The notes beneath the pieces are model-generated. The model ran no database searches. It saw only the letters and a program-made list of their open reading frames with translations, and was not told the origin of the DNA. The translations under genes were made by a program, and so were the position numbers. A stretch of DNA of 64,000 nt from Mobula hypostoma (Eukaryota): positions 95,172,001 to 95,236,000 of the forward strand of contig NC_086097.1 in assembly GCF_963921235.1 (NCBI RefSeq), written 5' to 3'. Of this stretch, positions 12,051 through 25,142 are shown piece after piece. Every line of letters begins with the position of its first letter. Within the stretch, counting starts at the first letter, position 1.

Positions 12051-12932
12051 TAGAAAAACATAGAAACATAGAAAACCTACAGCACAATACAGGCCCTTCG
12101 GCCCACAAGGTTGTGCCAAACATGTCCTTATCTTAGAATTTACTAGGCTTACCCATAGCCCTCTATTTTTCCAAGCTCCATGTACCTATCCAAAAGTCTC
12201 TTAAAAGACCCTATTGTATCCGCCTCCACCACCATCGCCAGCAGCCCATTCCACGCACTCACCACTCTCTGCGTAAAAAACTTACCCCTGACATCTCCTC
12301 TGTACCTACTTCCCAGCACCTTAAACCTGTGTCCTCTTGTGGCAACCATTTCAGCCCTGGGAAAAAGCCTCTGACTATCCACACAATCAATGCCTCTCAT
12401 CATCTTATACACCTCTATCAGGTCACTTCTCATCCTCTGTCGCTCCAAGGAGAAAAGGCCGAGTTCACTCAACCTGTTTTCATACATGCTCCCCAATCCA
12501 GGCAACACCCTTGTAAGTCTCCTCTGCACCCTTTCTGTGGTTTCCACATCCTTCCTGTAGTGAGGCGACCAGAATTGAGCACAGTACTCCAAGTGGGGTC
12601 TGACCAGGGTCCTATATAGCTGCAACATTACCTCTCGGCTCCTAAATTCAATTTCATGATTAATGAAAGCCAATACACCATATGCCTTCTTAACCACAGA
12701 GTCAACCTGCGCAGCTGCTTTGAGTGTCCTGTGGACTCAGACCCCAAGATCCCTCTGATCCTCCACATTCCAAGAGTCTTAACATTAATACTATATTCTG
12801 CCATCGTATTTGACCTACCAAAATTAACCACTTTACACTTATCTGGGTTGAACTCCATCTGCCACTTCTCAGCCCAGTTTTGCATCCTATCAATGTCCCG
12901 CTGTAACCTCTGACAGCCCTCCACACTATCCA
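12051..12932 (-). mobile_element. CR1 (HER1-like) LINE, 5'-truncated 3' end
   Basis: ORFs contain LQRDIDRMQNWAEKWQMEFNPDKCKV and LYRTLVRPHLEYCAQFWSPH..TRGH..FFTQRVVSAWN. Tail (TTTCTATG)n. Confidence 0.93.
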
Positions 12933-13915
12933 AGTATCACACTATTGTACGTAAACAATGGTCTGATTTGATGCCCAAAATCATAACTTGTGTTCTCATA
13001 TTCCACTTGTGGAGCAGATACTCACATTACTCCTGGCAAATTAGTAGTGATGTCTGGGTACCCCAAAAAGCTAGGAGACACATCCATAATGGCAAAGATT
13101 ACAGAATACTAGAGGTGCCTGACTTTTCAAGTCTGGGAAGAAGGTGTCTCAAAATTGGCCTTATTAAATTGCATAAAATACACAGCACAAAAGACCGTTT
13201 AGTGCGTCCAGCCCAACTCATTTGAAGCTCTCTTCCTCCCTTACCAAAAACACTCAACATAAAGTAAGAGTTGCTCACTCCTTGCATACTGATCTAGCTT
13301 TCTCAATACAATTAATTTCAGCCATTCATTCACCTTCCTTCATTCACCATGGTCAGCTAATGGCATATCCCTATTCATTTCCTTGGTGGACTAGCCTTTC
13401 ATTTTGTTCTTTCCCACTGATGGAAATGGCCTTGCCTAGAAATTCTAGCCAACTACTTTACAGGGTAGGAGGAAGGGGCAGTGAAGAGCAAATACCACTC
13501 TGTGCTTGGGAGGCGGGGAGGAGAGGGAGTGACAGAATCACAGATAATTTGTTTCAAATGTTTGGAACAAAGACAATGGCAGTTTGGAACATCAGTAGGG
13601 TTGGGAAACTGGAGCCTGCAAGTTGAAATGGGGGAGTCTGGGGAAGGGGAAGTGTGGTAGACATCAGGGATTGTGCTTCAATAGTGGACTTTCAAGAATG
13701 TTGATTGGGGTTGATTTAGAAGCCAGGGTTTCATCGAGAGGGGTAAAAATCAGAGATCAACAATTTCATTCGAAGGTAATTACAGGGTCAGGAAGCAGGA
13801 TTAGAAACTGGTATAAGGGCCATTGTGGGGACTACATAAGGGCACTAATGTCAGGGAACTTTCACAGGGAATGGGTGGGTGCAGGGCAGGAAAAAAGGAG
13901 AGATAACAAGGTGGC

Positions 13916-14165
13916 CAAGAGCACAGTTGTGCTGTTAGTAGAGCTGCTGTCTCACAGCTGCAGTGACATAGGTTCAATCCTGACCTCGGGTGCTGTCTGT
14001 GTGGAGTTTGCATGTTCTACCTGTGACTGCACAAATTTCTTCTGAGGCTCCAATTTCCTCAAATATGTCAAAATCGGTAGGCCAATTGGCTACTGTAATA
14101 TGGCTGTGGTGTGAGTGGTAGAATTGGGGAAAGTTGGTGGAAATGTGGAAAGAATAAAAGAGATG
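13916..14165 (+). mobile_element. V-SINE-like element
   Basis: GGTTCAATCCTGACCTCGGGTGCTGTCTGTGTGGAGTTTGCATGTTCT head plus a degenerate V-domain. Confidence 0.65.
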
Positions 14166-14609
14166 AAGAGGAAATAGCTGGTACATAGTTGGTAAGAATA
14201 TTTGTTTGACTCTACAGCTCTAATATGTCACTTTGTGAGCTCCATGTGGAAACAGAGTCATAGTGATGCATGCTCAAAAATGCTCTGTCACATGTCTAGA
14301 GAATTGTGAAACACCCTGGAAATGGTCAATGTCACTCCCACTTTTCAGTTGCTTCACATTGAAACTATGCTCTGGAACTGAATTTCCAGGCATGTATGTC
14401 TTTTCTAACATAGCTTATTTCTTGAGACTGTTCTATCAGAATACTCCACATTCCCTTCACAGCACCAGCAAACTCCTGTCTCCAGCCCATGCATCAAGAG
14501 TAAAGAAGCACAATTTTGATCATCTGTCCTACAGTGGAATAACTGGCTTTCTGGTGCACCAGGGCTTCAAAGGACCTTTCAGTCATCTCCTCACTGCTTC
14601 AGAGCCTCT

Positions 14610-14800
14610 CCCTTCATAGGCAGATCCCTCCGCAGCATCCGGAGCATCTATGAGGCACTACCTGAAGAAGGCAACATCTATCATCAAAAATTTCCACCAT
14701 CCAGTCCATGCTATCTTCTTGTAACCACCATAAGACAGGAGTTCCAAAGGCTTTAACTCCCAAACCTTCAGGTTCAAGATCAAATATTTCCCTTCAAATA
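14610..14800 (+). mobile_element. Degenerate Rex1-like LINE 3' fragment
   Basis: Encodes LKKATSIIKNFHHPVHAIF, matching the C-termini of the other Rex1 copies. Confidence 0.55.
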
Positions 14801-16178
14801 TTTGACTCCTGATTTTCCATTGGAGGATAAGCAATCAGTTGAACTCTTGTCATGGCCTCACAACATTCAAAGTGCTTTACAGTCAATGGAGTTTTAGAAC
14901 GAAGATCCATCCACCATGCTCTCCGGATAGCAATCCTTGTTTCAGTTATCAGGCTGCTGTCTGACTTCTCAACCAATCACCCCTTTTAGATTTGTTTCCT
15001 AGTACGGTCTCAAATTCTTACTATCACTTTAGCATTTCCTTTGCACCACCTCAGTTTGCACTACTATACTTTGCACTATTGCTATTTATGTGCTTGTCAC
15101 TGTAGTTATTGTTGTATCATTTGACCTGCTTTATGGGCAATGATGGTAACCTATGATAAGGGATGAGGCAAGAATCAATGTTAGAGGACTATGGTCCTCC
15201 ACTAGACAGAAGGCAAGGAAACAAGTCCATTGGCCCAGCAATTCCTCCTCAGGCTTGTCACGTCTGCATCACTACTTTTTGATAGGAACCTAAAGCAGAA
15301 CTTAGATGCTTATATTATGTTAATAGAGGGATAAATATTAGCCAGTATATCATGAGAAAACACTGCTTTCATCACCACAGATAAATCTCTCCAATGCCAG
15401 AGATATTGTTCATGATGTTTCTGCAGTTTCCAAATACTTTGTTATTGTACCACTACACCTTTAGTCCTGATGATATGCAACACTTTAAATGTCTGTTGTT
15501 AATGCAAGGAATTTAATGTAGGTTCTGCTTTGCAGAAAAGAAAGCTGTCCCACAAAAAAATCACAAATGAATTAATGATTTGTGTTGTTCTGTTTTCTTG
15601 GTTCTGTTTATGCAATGCCTGGCCTTGTTTTTGTTCCAACTCTACAACATGTCAAGTCTCCCTCCAGAAAGCCAGGCCTATCAGTGTGAAAGTCTAGCAA
15701 TTTCTCAACATTAAAATTCACATCTTTGTTTACAAATCCATCCATGATTTTGCCCCACCATCACTCTGTCTGTCGCTTTCATATAGGTCAGCATGACATA
15801 TCTAAATCCCTTCAGTTCTGGCCTCTTGCATATCCCCAATTTTCACTGTTCTCCCATTAGTGGCTGTATCTTCTAGTGCCTTCAGCCACTCCACCTAATT
15901 AAATATTTCTTTAAATAAGTCTTTTGCAACTCATTTGACCAAGCTTTTCTTTCCCACAAAGCATCCCCAATATCTTTTCAAGTGTTAGGTTTTGTTTCAT
16001 GGCATTCCTGTGAAACATCTCGGGTGCATGAAAGGCATTGTTGTACCCCCTCACACCTCCACTGAAATCCCTCATACTTCAAACAACAGGAATTCTGCAG
16101 ATGCTGGAAATTCAAGCAACACACATCAAAGTTGCTGGTGAACGCAGCAGGCCAGGCAGCATCTCTAGGAAGAGGTAC

Positions 16179-16214
16179 AGTCGACGTTTCAGGCCGAGAC
16201 CCTTCATCAGGACT
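16179..16214 (-). ncRNA. Minimal type I hammerhead ribozyme motif, intact consensus
   Basis: Minus strand: AGTC-CTGATGA-AGGGTCTCGGCCT-GAAAC-GTC-GACT. GUC cleavage triplet and a palindromic ACGU stem III. Confidence 0.85.
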
Positions 16215-16513
16215 AACTGAAGGAAGAGCTAGTAAAAGATTTGAAAGTGGGAGGGGGAGGGGGAGAACCAAAATGATAGGAGAAGACAGGAGGGGGAGGG
16301 AGGGAGCCAAGAGCTGGACAGGTGATTGGCAAAAGGGATATGAGAGGATCATGGGACAGGAGGCCCAGGGAGAAGGAAAAGGGGGAGGGGGGAGAAACCC
16401 AGAGGATGGGCAAGGGGTATAGTCAGAGGGACAGAGGAAGAAAAAGGAGAGTGAGAGAAAGAATGTGTGTATAAAAATAAATAACGGATGGGGTACAAGG
16501 GGGAGGTGGGGCA

Positions 16514-18654
16514 TTAGCGGAAGTTAGAGAAGTCGATGTTCATGCCATCAGGTTGGAGGCTACCCAGATGGAATATAAGGTGTTGTTCCTCCAACCTGAG
16601 TGTGGCTTCATCTTTACAGTAGAGGAGGCCGTGGATAGACATGTCAGAATGGGAATGGGATGTGTAATTAAAATGTGTGGCCACTGGGAGATCCTGCTTT
16701 CTCTGGCGGACAGAGCGTAGGTGTTCAGCAAAGCGGTCTCCCAGTCTGTGTCGGGTCTCGCCAATATATAGAAGGCCACATCGGGAGCACCGGACGCAGT
16801 ATATCACCCCACCCGACTCACAGGTGAAGTGTCGCCTCACCTGGAAGGACTGTCTGGGGCCCTGAATGGTGGTAAGGGAGGAAGTGTAAGGGCATGTGTA
16901 GTACTTGTTCCACTTACAAGGATAAGTGCCAGGAGGGAGATAAGTGCCAGGAGGGAGATCAGTGGGGAGGGATGGGGGGGACGAATGGACAAGGGAGTCG
17001 TGTAGGGAGCGATCCCTGCGGAAAGCGGGGGAGGGGGCGGAGGGAAAGGTGTGCTCAGTGATGGGATCCCGTTGAAGGTGGTGGAAGTTACGGAGAATAA
17101 TATGTTGGACCCGGAGGCTGGTGGGGTGGTAGGTGAGGACCAGGGGAACCCTATTCCTAGTGGGGTGGCGGGAGGATGGAGTGAGAGCAGATGTGTGTGA
17201 AATGGGGGAAGATGCGTTTGAGAGCAGAGTTAATAGTGGAGGAAGGGAAGCCCCTTTCTTTAAAAAAGGAGGACATCTCCCTCGTCCTAGAATGAAAAAC
17301 CTCATCCTGAGAGCAGATGCGGCAGAGACGGAGGAATTGCAAGAAGAGGATGGCATTTTTGCAAGAGACAGGGTGAGAAGAGGAATAGTTCAGATAGCTG
17401 TGAGAGTCAGTAGGCTTATAGTAGACATCAGTGGATAAGCTGTCTCCAGAGACAGAGACAGAAAGATCTAGAAAGGGGAGGGAGGTGTCAGAAATGGACC
17501 ACGTAAACTTGAGGCAGGGTGAAAGTTGGAGGCAAAGTTAATAAAGTCAACGAGTTCTGCATGCGTGCAGAAAGCAGCAGCAATGCAGTCGTCGATGTAG
17601 CGAAGGAAAAGTGGGGTACAGATACCAGAATAGGCACGGAACATAGATTGTTCCACAAAGCCAACAAAAAGGCAGGCATAGCTAGGACCCATACGGGTGC
17701 CCATAGCTACACCTTTAGTTTGGAGGAAGTGGGAGGAGCCAAAGGAGAAATTATTAAGAGTAAGGACTAATTCTGCTAGACGGAGCAGAGTGGTGGTAGA
17801 GGGGAACTGATTAGGTCTGGAATCCAAAAAGAAGCGGAGAGCTTTGAGACCTTCCTGATGGGGGATGGAAGTATATAGGGACTGGACATCCATGGTGAAA
17901 ATAAAGTGGTGGGGGCCAGGGAACTTAAAATCATCGAAAAGTTTAAGAGCGTGAGAAGTGTCACGAACATAGGTAGGAAGGGATTGAACAAGGGGGGATA
18001 AAACCGTGTCGAGGTATGCAGAAACGAGTTCCGTGGGGCAGGAGCAAGCTGAGACAATAGGTCTGCCAGGACAGGCAGATTTGTGGATCTTGGGTAGGAG
18101 GTAGAAACGGGAAGTGCGAGGTGTAGGAACTATAAGGTTGGTAGCAGTGGATGGGAGATCCCCTGAGCAGATAAAGTCGGTGATGGTGTGGGAGACAATG
18201 GCCTGGTGCTCCTTAGTGGGGTCACGATTGAGGGGTAAATAAGAGGAGGTATCCGCGATTTGTCGCTGTGCCTCGGCAAGGTAGAGGTCAGTACGCCAGA
18301 CTACAACAGCAGCCCCCTTATCGGCGGGTTTAATAATAAGGTTAGGATTAGTGCGGAGGGAGTGCAGAGCAGAGCGTTCCGAAGGAGTGAGGTTGGAATG
18401 GGAACAAGGTGTGAAGTCGAGACGGTTGATGTCCCGTCGGCAGTTAGCGATAAAGAGATCCAGAGCAGGCAGAAGACCAGAGCGGGTGTCCATGAAGAAG
18501 AGAAGGGTTGAAGACGCGAGAAGGGGTCATCGGTGGGGGTGGAAGAGTCCTTGCCGAAGAAGTAGGCTCGGAGATGGAGACGGCGGAAGAAGAGTTCCGC
18601 ATCATGGTGAACACGGAACTTGCTGAGGGGTGGGCGAAGGGGGACAAAGGACAA
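16514..18654 (-). pseudogene. PLE reverse transcriptase-GIY-YIG endonuclease ORF, split by frameshifts
   Basis: ORF pieces 18301-18654, 17468-18493 (RT) and 16514-17356 (GIY-YIG), ending GMNIDFSNFR*. An 18-bp in-frame duplication gives PPGTYLPPGTYP. Confidence 0.9.
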
Positions 18655-19590
18655 AGCTTATCCCTTACTGAGGACAGAGCGCTCTGCCTCAGACAGTTGA
18701 AGGTCGGAGGGGATGGTAACGACCCGGCACGGATGAGAGCTGGGATCCGAGGGGGGGCAGGCAGGCTGGGGCTGTCAATGGAGAGTGGAGGGTTGGGGTG
18801 AGAGGAAGATGGAGCCTCTGAGGACCGAGGAGCTGATGATGGGATCTGAAGGAGATGGGATTGCAGAGTATTGGTGGGGGAAGGGGAGACGGGAGTCACA
18901 ATAGCAGCACATAAAGACCCGGCCTGGAGTACAAGGCTGGAGTCGCAGTTGGTGGTTGCGCAATCGCTTTGAAGGTGTCCATGGTCGTTGCTGGAGTCCA
19001 GGTTTTGAATATGCCCTGAGGCGTTGGAGCCGGCGAGATCAATGGCAAGGGCCGCAATCTGAAGCCCTCATACTTCCTCCTGTTTGTACTCCTCTATTGT
19101 CTCATTTGAAGCATTGACCATGGTTAGCTTCAGGCATCAGGACCCAAAAATACGTCTCACTAATCTAGATTCTTCTGCAGAAATAGGTGTGATGGCATGA
19201 TGCTAATTCATTATGAAAATTTTTATAAGATTTCATATTCTATCTTATTTATAGGGCCCATTTCTAGTCCAAGGGTAAATTGGTGACTGCAATAAATAGA
19301 TCTGAAGTTAACAAAAATCAAATAAACAAGTATGCTTATAAATGCATATATACTGATATGCACAAGGCAAAGATTAGCATGTATAAAGAGCACAGGCATG
19401 CATGAATGCTTTGTCAGGGCCTAATATAGTCGGGCCCACAAGTGTTACTACAGACAGGCAAATAAGATCAAAAACAACACACACAAAATGTTGGAGGAAT
19501 TTAGCAGGTCAGGCAGCATCTATGGAAATTAAGTGCGCGCGCACACACACACACACACACACTCGCATATGACGCCATATGGCTCCTATA

Positions 19591-20085
19591 CAGTAGTGTG
19601 CAAAAATCTTAGGCACTTAAAATGTAGTTAGTGTGCCTAAGAATTTTGCACAGTACTATAGTAATTTTATGTAATGCACTGTATTGCTGCCACAAAAAAA
19701 AGACAAATTTCATGACACATGTTAGTGATGATAAACTTGATTTTGATATGGGTCTGTCGTGTGGACTGAGAGTGGGGAGGGGGCAGGGAGAGGGGAATCA
19801 TGGTTGGGAAAAGGGGAGGGAGTGGGAAGCACCAGACAGACAGTCTGTAATGATCAATAAACCAATTGTTTGGAAACAAATGACCTTGTCTGATGTCTCA
19901 GAGCTGGGCGTGTCTGCACCCATGCCATGCCCGCCCCTCCTCCCCACAACCTTCACTGCCAGCTGTCCCACACCTCTCCCGCAGCGCTCCACCCTCGCCA
20001 TTCCCAAAATGCTTTGCCCTCACCAGCTTTGCAAGCTCGCTCTCCACCCAACTTTGACAAATATAGTTACTGTACTAAAGTCTTA
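19591..20085. mobile_element. Composite Tc1/mariner-like MITE, copy 1 (right end degenerate)
   Basis: TA + CAGTAGTGTGCAAAAATCTTAGGCAC..GTGCCTAAGAATTTTGCACAGTACTA hairpin (19591-19658). Internal ~400 bp is homologous to the reverse complement of 51832-52228. Confidence 0.75.
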
Positions 20086-20958
20086 ATACTAAGGGATTAG
20101 GAATACTAAGGAATACTATCGCAGTCACCATCACATAGAATCTCATAATGTAGAAATATTCTTGTAGGTGAACATGTACATGTACCCAGACAGCCAATAT
20201 TCTCAACCAACATGCATCCAAACATACGGTTGTTAAAAGTTACGTAATTTTCCTGGTGAAACATAGTGTTCTCTGAGGCAAATAGTGAGCAGCAAAGGAG
20301 AAACTTCTGGTTCCTGGAAATTCTCTGTGGTCAGCTGGACTAAGATCCATCAGAAATAAAACTAAAAATTCCCACTTAAACCTCCCTGCCTCTTTCCTTT
20401 AAGACTTGCTCTCACGAAGGATTACCTGTCCTACCATGTTAAGTCACTTGATGGTAAAATTTATTTGGTAATGCCCTGCAAAGTGATATGCAACATCTGA
20501 CCAGGTTAAAAGTACTAACATTATTGTTGATGATGATAATTGGATTTATATACGGATTGATGCAGATAGTCTGTGTGAAGATTTTTTTCTTTTTGCAAGA
20601 TGACAAATGTAGCCCACAAAAACTGCAGTTTTCAGTCATGTCCCGATAGATTAGATCTATTAACATTAAGTTCACTTCACTCTCTCGAACACCATCCACC
20701 CTCCCCTTGTACGTCTTTTGAGGACAGCCTCAATATAAAAATATCAACATCTTATTCAGACCATCGAAGGCATCTTTGATGTGGCCTTTCTTTCATTTTG
20801 TGGAAAAAGAGCGGAAATGTTTTGATACATATGGAAGTTGTAGCTTATTTTCAGTTTGACAGCTAAGTTCCACTGTGCCAAAATAATCTGCAGTTAAATA
20901 CAAGCTGGACCCACATTCCTCCCAGAGGCTTGGAAGGTAGCTGGGATGGTACAAAATC

Positions 20959-21985
20959 ACAGAAAGGCTTAGAACACTACAGCACACAAACACGCTCTTC
21001 AGCCCATCTAGTCCATGCCAAACTATTAATCTGTCTAGTCCCATCGACCTGTACCCGGACCACAGTCCTCCATACACCTACCATCAATGTACCTATCTAT
21101 ATTTCTCTTAAATGTTGAAATTGAACACAATCATCACCTCATGAGTTTATGAAGCTCTCCCTCATATTCCCCTAAATATTTCACCTTAAACCCTTAAACC
21201 ATGACCTCTAATTCTAGTCTTACTCAGCCTCAGTGGAAAAAGCAGCTTGCATTTACCCTATTTACACTCTTCATAATTTTATATACCTCTGTCAAATTTC
21301 CCCTCATTATCTTATGCTCTAGGGAATAAAGTCCCAACCTGTTCAATCTTTCCCCATAACTCAGGTCCTCAACTCCTGACAACATCCTTGTAAATTTTCT
21401 CTGCACACTTTCAATCTTATTGATATCTTTCCTGTAGGTAGGTGATCAGAACTCATCTAGGTCTATTGTTGTACCAGAATGTCTCCGGAAGGGCATAAGA
21501 AGGGGCTGGGTGAAAGAATCAGGATCTAATGGCTCAGTTCATAGCAACAGAAATGAAAAATATACCTGACGGCAGGTGACACCCTTGAAGCTGTACCCAA
21601 CACCTTTAGGAGAGGGCTATCACCAAAATAATTCACACCTCAAACACAACCCTCAGTTTCCCTACTTTATGGAGCTGAGATGTACAGAGTAGCCAGGACC
21701 TAGCTTCAGATAAAAGGCAGTCTCAATCAGGACATTGCAACTTTGGCCTTTGAATGTTCAGGATGGAATAAAGTGGTTATTCCTGATTGGCATGAATTGA
21801 TTTCAGATCAATCCAAGTTTGTTCAGCCTCTCCTAATAGCACATACCCTCTAATCTAGGCAGCATCCTGGTGAACCTTGTCTGCATCCTCTCCAAAGCGT
21901 CCACATGCTACCTATAAGGGGGCACCCAGAACTGAAGGCAATACTCCAAATGTGGCCTAACCAGAGTTATATAAAGCTGTAACAG
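20959..21985 (-). mobile_element. Degenerate CR1 LINE 3' fragments (~20959-21455 and ~21780-21985)
   Basis: Nucleotide similarity to the CR1 at 12051-12932 (CAACATCCTTGTAAAT..CTCTGCAC; CCAGAACTG..CAATACTCCAAATGTGGCCTAACCAG). Confidence 0.7.
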
Positions 21986-23869
21986 TGTTTTTAAAGTAGT
22001 TATAACCAGCTAGTTCCCACAGATTCAATCTGATTTGCACATAATGATGCTGCCTGGAAAATAAATACATACTGGGGCCCCTGGGATAACTTCCCATTAT
22101 TTTCCAATACCTTTTCCATCTAACAGAGGAAACTAGAAAAAAAGGGGAACATTCCTATAGTAAAGTGACACCTGTGTCTCTCAATGCAGGAAATGCATCA
22201 TCCCAGTATCTTCACTGGGAGAGATTAGTAGACTTAATTCACGTAGTAATTGCTGGAAATGCAGGAAGCATTTCACAGTCAATGTCAAAAACACTGTGCA
22301 TTTGGTGTAGATTGCTCATAATATTTGTAGCACTACGTTGTCATGAGAACATGCTGTGATTGGCATGTGGAAAACAGGGAGACTGTAGTCAAATCAGTTA
22401 TGAGAGTAGTCAGCATCAGTTACGGTTAAGTTCATGGCAAAACCTGTTAGATGCTATTGTTTGTTTATTATTTACTTAGCTGTTTTAGGGATCAACCATA
22501 TTGAATCATGAGCAGGTCAAATCAAAAAGATGACACATTTCCTTTCTTGAAAGGCATTAATAAAGCAAGTATATTTGCCAGCAATTTTTTTTTCTCTCTG
22601 GTGTCAGTTCACAAATGACAAGATACAACTGAATTCATTGTCACCATTTGCTCTGGTGGGATTTAAGCTCAAGGTTCCTGATGTACTGATCCTGTACTCT
22701 ATCACACTAACTTTGGTCAAACAGTTGCTGACTATAGTAGTTTTAAGGCACATGTGAATACAACTTGTTGATCTAACATAAAGGTACATTACAAGATTTA
22801 TGTACACCCACTCGGCACCAAACTGTGCCAGGCATCATCCACTGATTTCCACTCTGAAGGCTGAAATTGCCACACTTCTGACCAAGAGCGTACACAACAC
22901 ACCGAGTCAAATTCATTCCAAGACACTTGACATATAAATATTAAAAGAAACACAGCAGCAAGCAGATTTGATTTCCATTCAACTCATCCTTCAGCTGTGC
23001 TTGTTTACAGGGAATTGGAAGCTAGACAGGAGATCGCTACAATACAAGAAGATGAAGGAACAAAGCTGTGTTGACGCTGAGTCGATGCGAAGGACTTTAG
23101 TGCTCAAATGAATCAGATTTCCTCCACTGCGCAAGTTTTGTCCATGTTCACTTGATGTCCCATATGGACAAAAGCTGTGTCTGATTTACCAAACCACTGT
23201 ATAGTACCAGAGGTGTTTCCAACCACATGGCAGCTGGGTGAAACAGGGGCTGATGTAACCCACACCACTGGCATTCTGCAGTGTACTGGCATCCACAGAG
23301 CAATCCATATGAAAACCCAGTTTACTTTTAATGGGGCCATAAATTCTACTGACAGAATCAGAGGTGTTACTGTCGGAAGCTCTTTTCTTCATTTCAGTAA
23401 ATCATACAAGAATAAGTAATAGTCAGCACCCCTCAAATAACGTGCATACGCCAGGTTGGAGGTGAAAGGAACAGGTACGAAGTAAGGTCTTCGACCAGAA
23501 ACGTTAACTCAAAGGTTTCAAAGGTACATTTAATGTCAGAGAAATGTATACAATATACATCCTGAAAAGCTTTGTCTTCTCTTTCCACAGATGCTGCCAG
23601 AGTTTTCAGCATTTTTAGAGTTTATGTGGGCAGGTAGAGGCCAAGACTCAGGCATTACAGAAATGTGGGACAATTTGGCATTAGCTGTTAGAGAGATGGA
23701 TGCAGACTGGGACTAGAAATGACAGAAGTTGGAACAGTTTGGGTTAGGGAGTTATGGAGACAGAAAACCAAGCTGCTCTGGAATGGAGGCAGCCGATGAT
23801 AGTATTGACTTGCATCAGATACCCCAGAACAATGTAGTTCACACTGTTGGTTCTGGGTAAGTGAGACAG

Positions 23870-24131
23870 CATAGAACTGGGCCCTTCAGTCCAATCAATC
23901 CACACTGACCTTATATTCTATCATTCTCATCAAATCGCCCTTCTGTTTGACCAGCACACTGGAGTCAATTACCTACCAGTCCACGTTTTTGGACATAGGA
24001 GAAGATCAGAGCACTAGAAAAAATCCACACGGTCATAGAGAGAACATACAAACTCCACACAGACAGTACCAGAGGATAGGATTGAATCCAGGACTCCGGT
24101 GCTGTGAAGCAGCTGCACCACCAGCTGTGCC
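23870..24131 (-). mobile_element. V-SINE-like element
   Basis: Reverse complement of the SINE head (AGAACATACAAACTCCACACAGACAGTACC..GATTGAATCCAG). Confidence 0.65.
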
Positions 24132-25142
24132 AGTCTTTCCTTTCGCCCTTCCTGTAGGTACACTGATCGGCTGGACTCTGGACAGATGTGCTGAATGGTG
24201 AAAAAAACCATGAGGATTTACCAGTCCCTCCTTTCATTAGCTGATTTTAACAATTTTGCATATACATACTGTACAGAGAACAGGTTGAGCCCAACGGCAA
24301 GCTGACTAGCTACTAGGTTCCAAATGCAAAGAGGACAGTATCCATCAAGGAGAAGCCCTGTAATAACCTCAGTACACACATGCATCATTTATTGGGTAAA
24401 AGCTGCAAAACCACAAACTGGCAATTTCCCATTCACATATCATCAGGTGTTCATTGACCAATTTTGATTCACAATTATGCAATTGCAAAATACACTCTTC
24501 TCGTCCTTGTTTGCAGATTCCCCCAAAGCAACAATTCATCTCTACATCAGTAATCTCCTCCAAGGTATCTTCTCTTCTTCAGAACTGGCCTCTTGAATAT
24601 CCCCTGTTCTGCCTACCAGCCATTGCTGACCATTTAGTGGTCTTGGCCCTAAGCTCTGTAATTCTCTCCCTAAACCTCTACACATTTTTTACCTCATCCT
24701 CAGGGTTTTTCAAAACTAACCTCTTTGCCCAGTCTTTTTTTTTTCCTAAACACAAAATACTCTGCAGATGCTGGGGTCAAAGCAATATTCACAACACGCT
24801 GGAGGAACTCAGCAGGTCGGGCAGCATCCGTGGAAACGATGAGTCAATGTTTTGGGCCAGAACCCTTCGCCAGGACTGAAGAGGGAAGGGGCAGAGGCCC
24901 TATAAAGAAGGTGGGGGGAGAGTGGGAAGGAGAAGGCTGGTAGGTTCCAGGCGAAAAACCAGTAAGGGGAAAGATAAAGGGGTGACGGAGGGGAAGTAGG
25001 GAGGTGATAGGCGGGAAAGGTAAAGAAGGAATAGGGGAAAACACAATGGGTAGTAGAAGGAGGCAGAACCATGAGGGAGGTAACAGGCAGCTGGAGGAGG
25101 AGGCAAAGTGAAACTGGGATACGGGAAGGGAGGGGAACAGAA

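Larger units (their letters stand above)
16081..19064 (-). mobile_element. Neptune-type Penelope-like retrotransposon, family A (5'-truncated, frameshifted), with 3' pLTR at 16081-16513
   Basis: RT motifs IIKPADKG, FYLLPKIHK, PGRPIVS, MDVQSLYTSIP, GVAMGT, RYIDD. Cys-rich linker, then GIY-YIG (VIYCVRCSRCGLLYIGET..RFAEH). Perfect 12-bp TSD CCCTCATACTTC at 16069-16080 and 19065-19076. Confidence 0.95.

Noticed and set aside
22990..23420. Overlapping short ORFs in unique sequence
   Set aside because: No homology recognised in any frame, and the lengths are compatible with chance.
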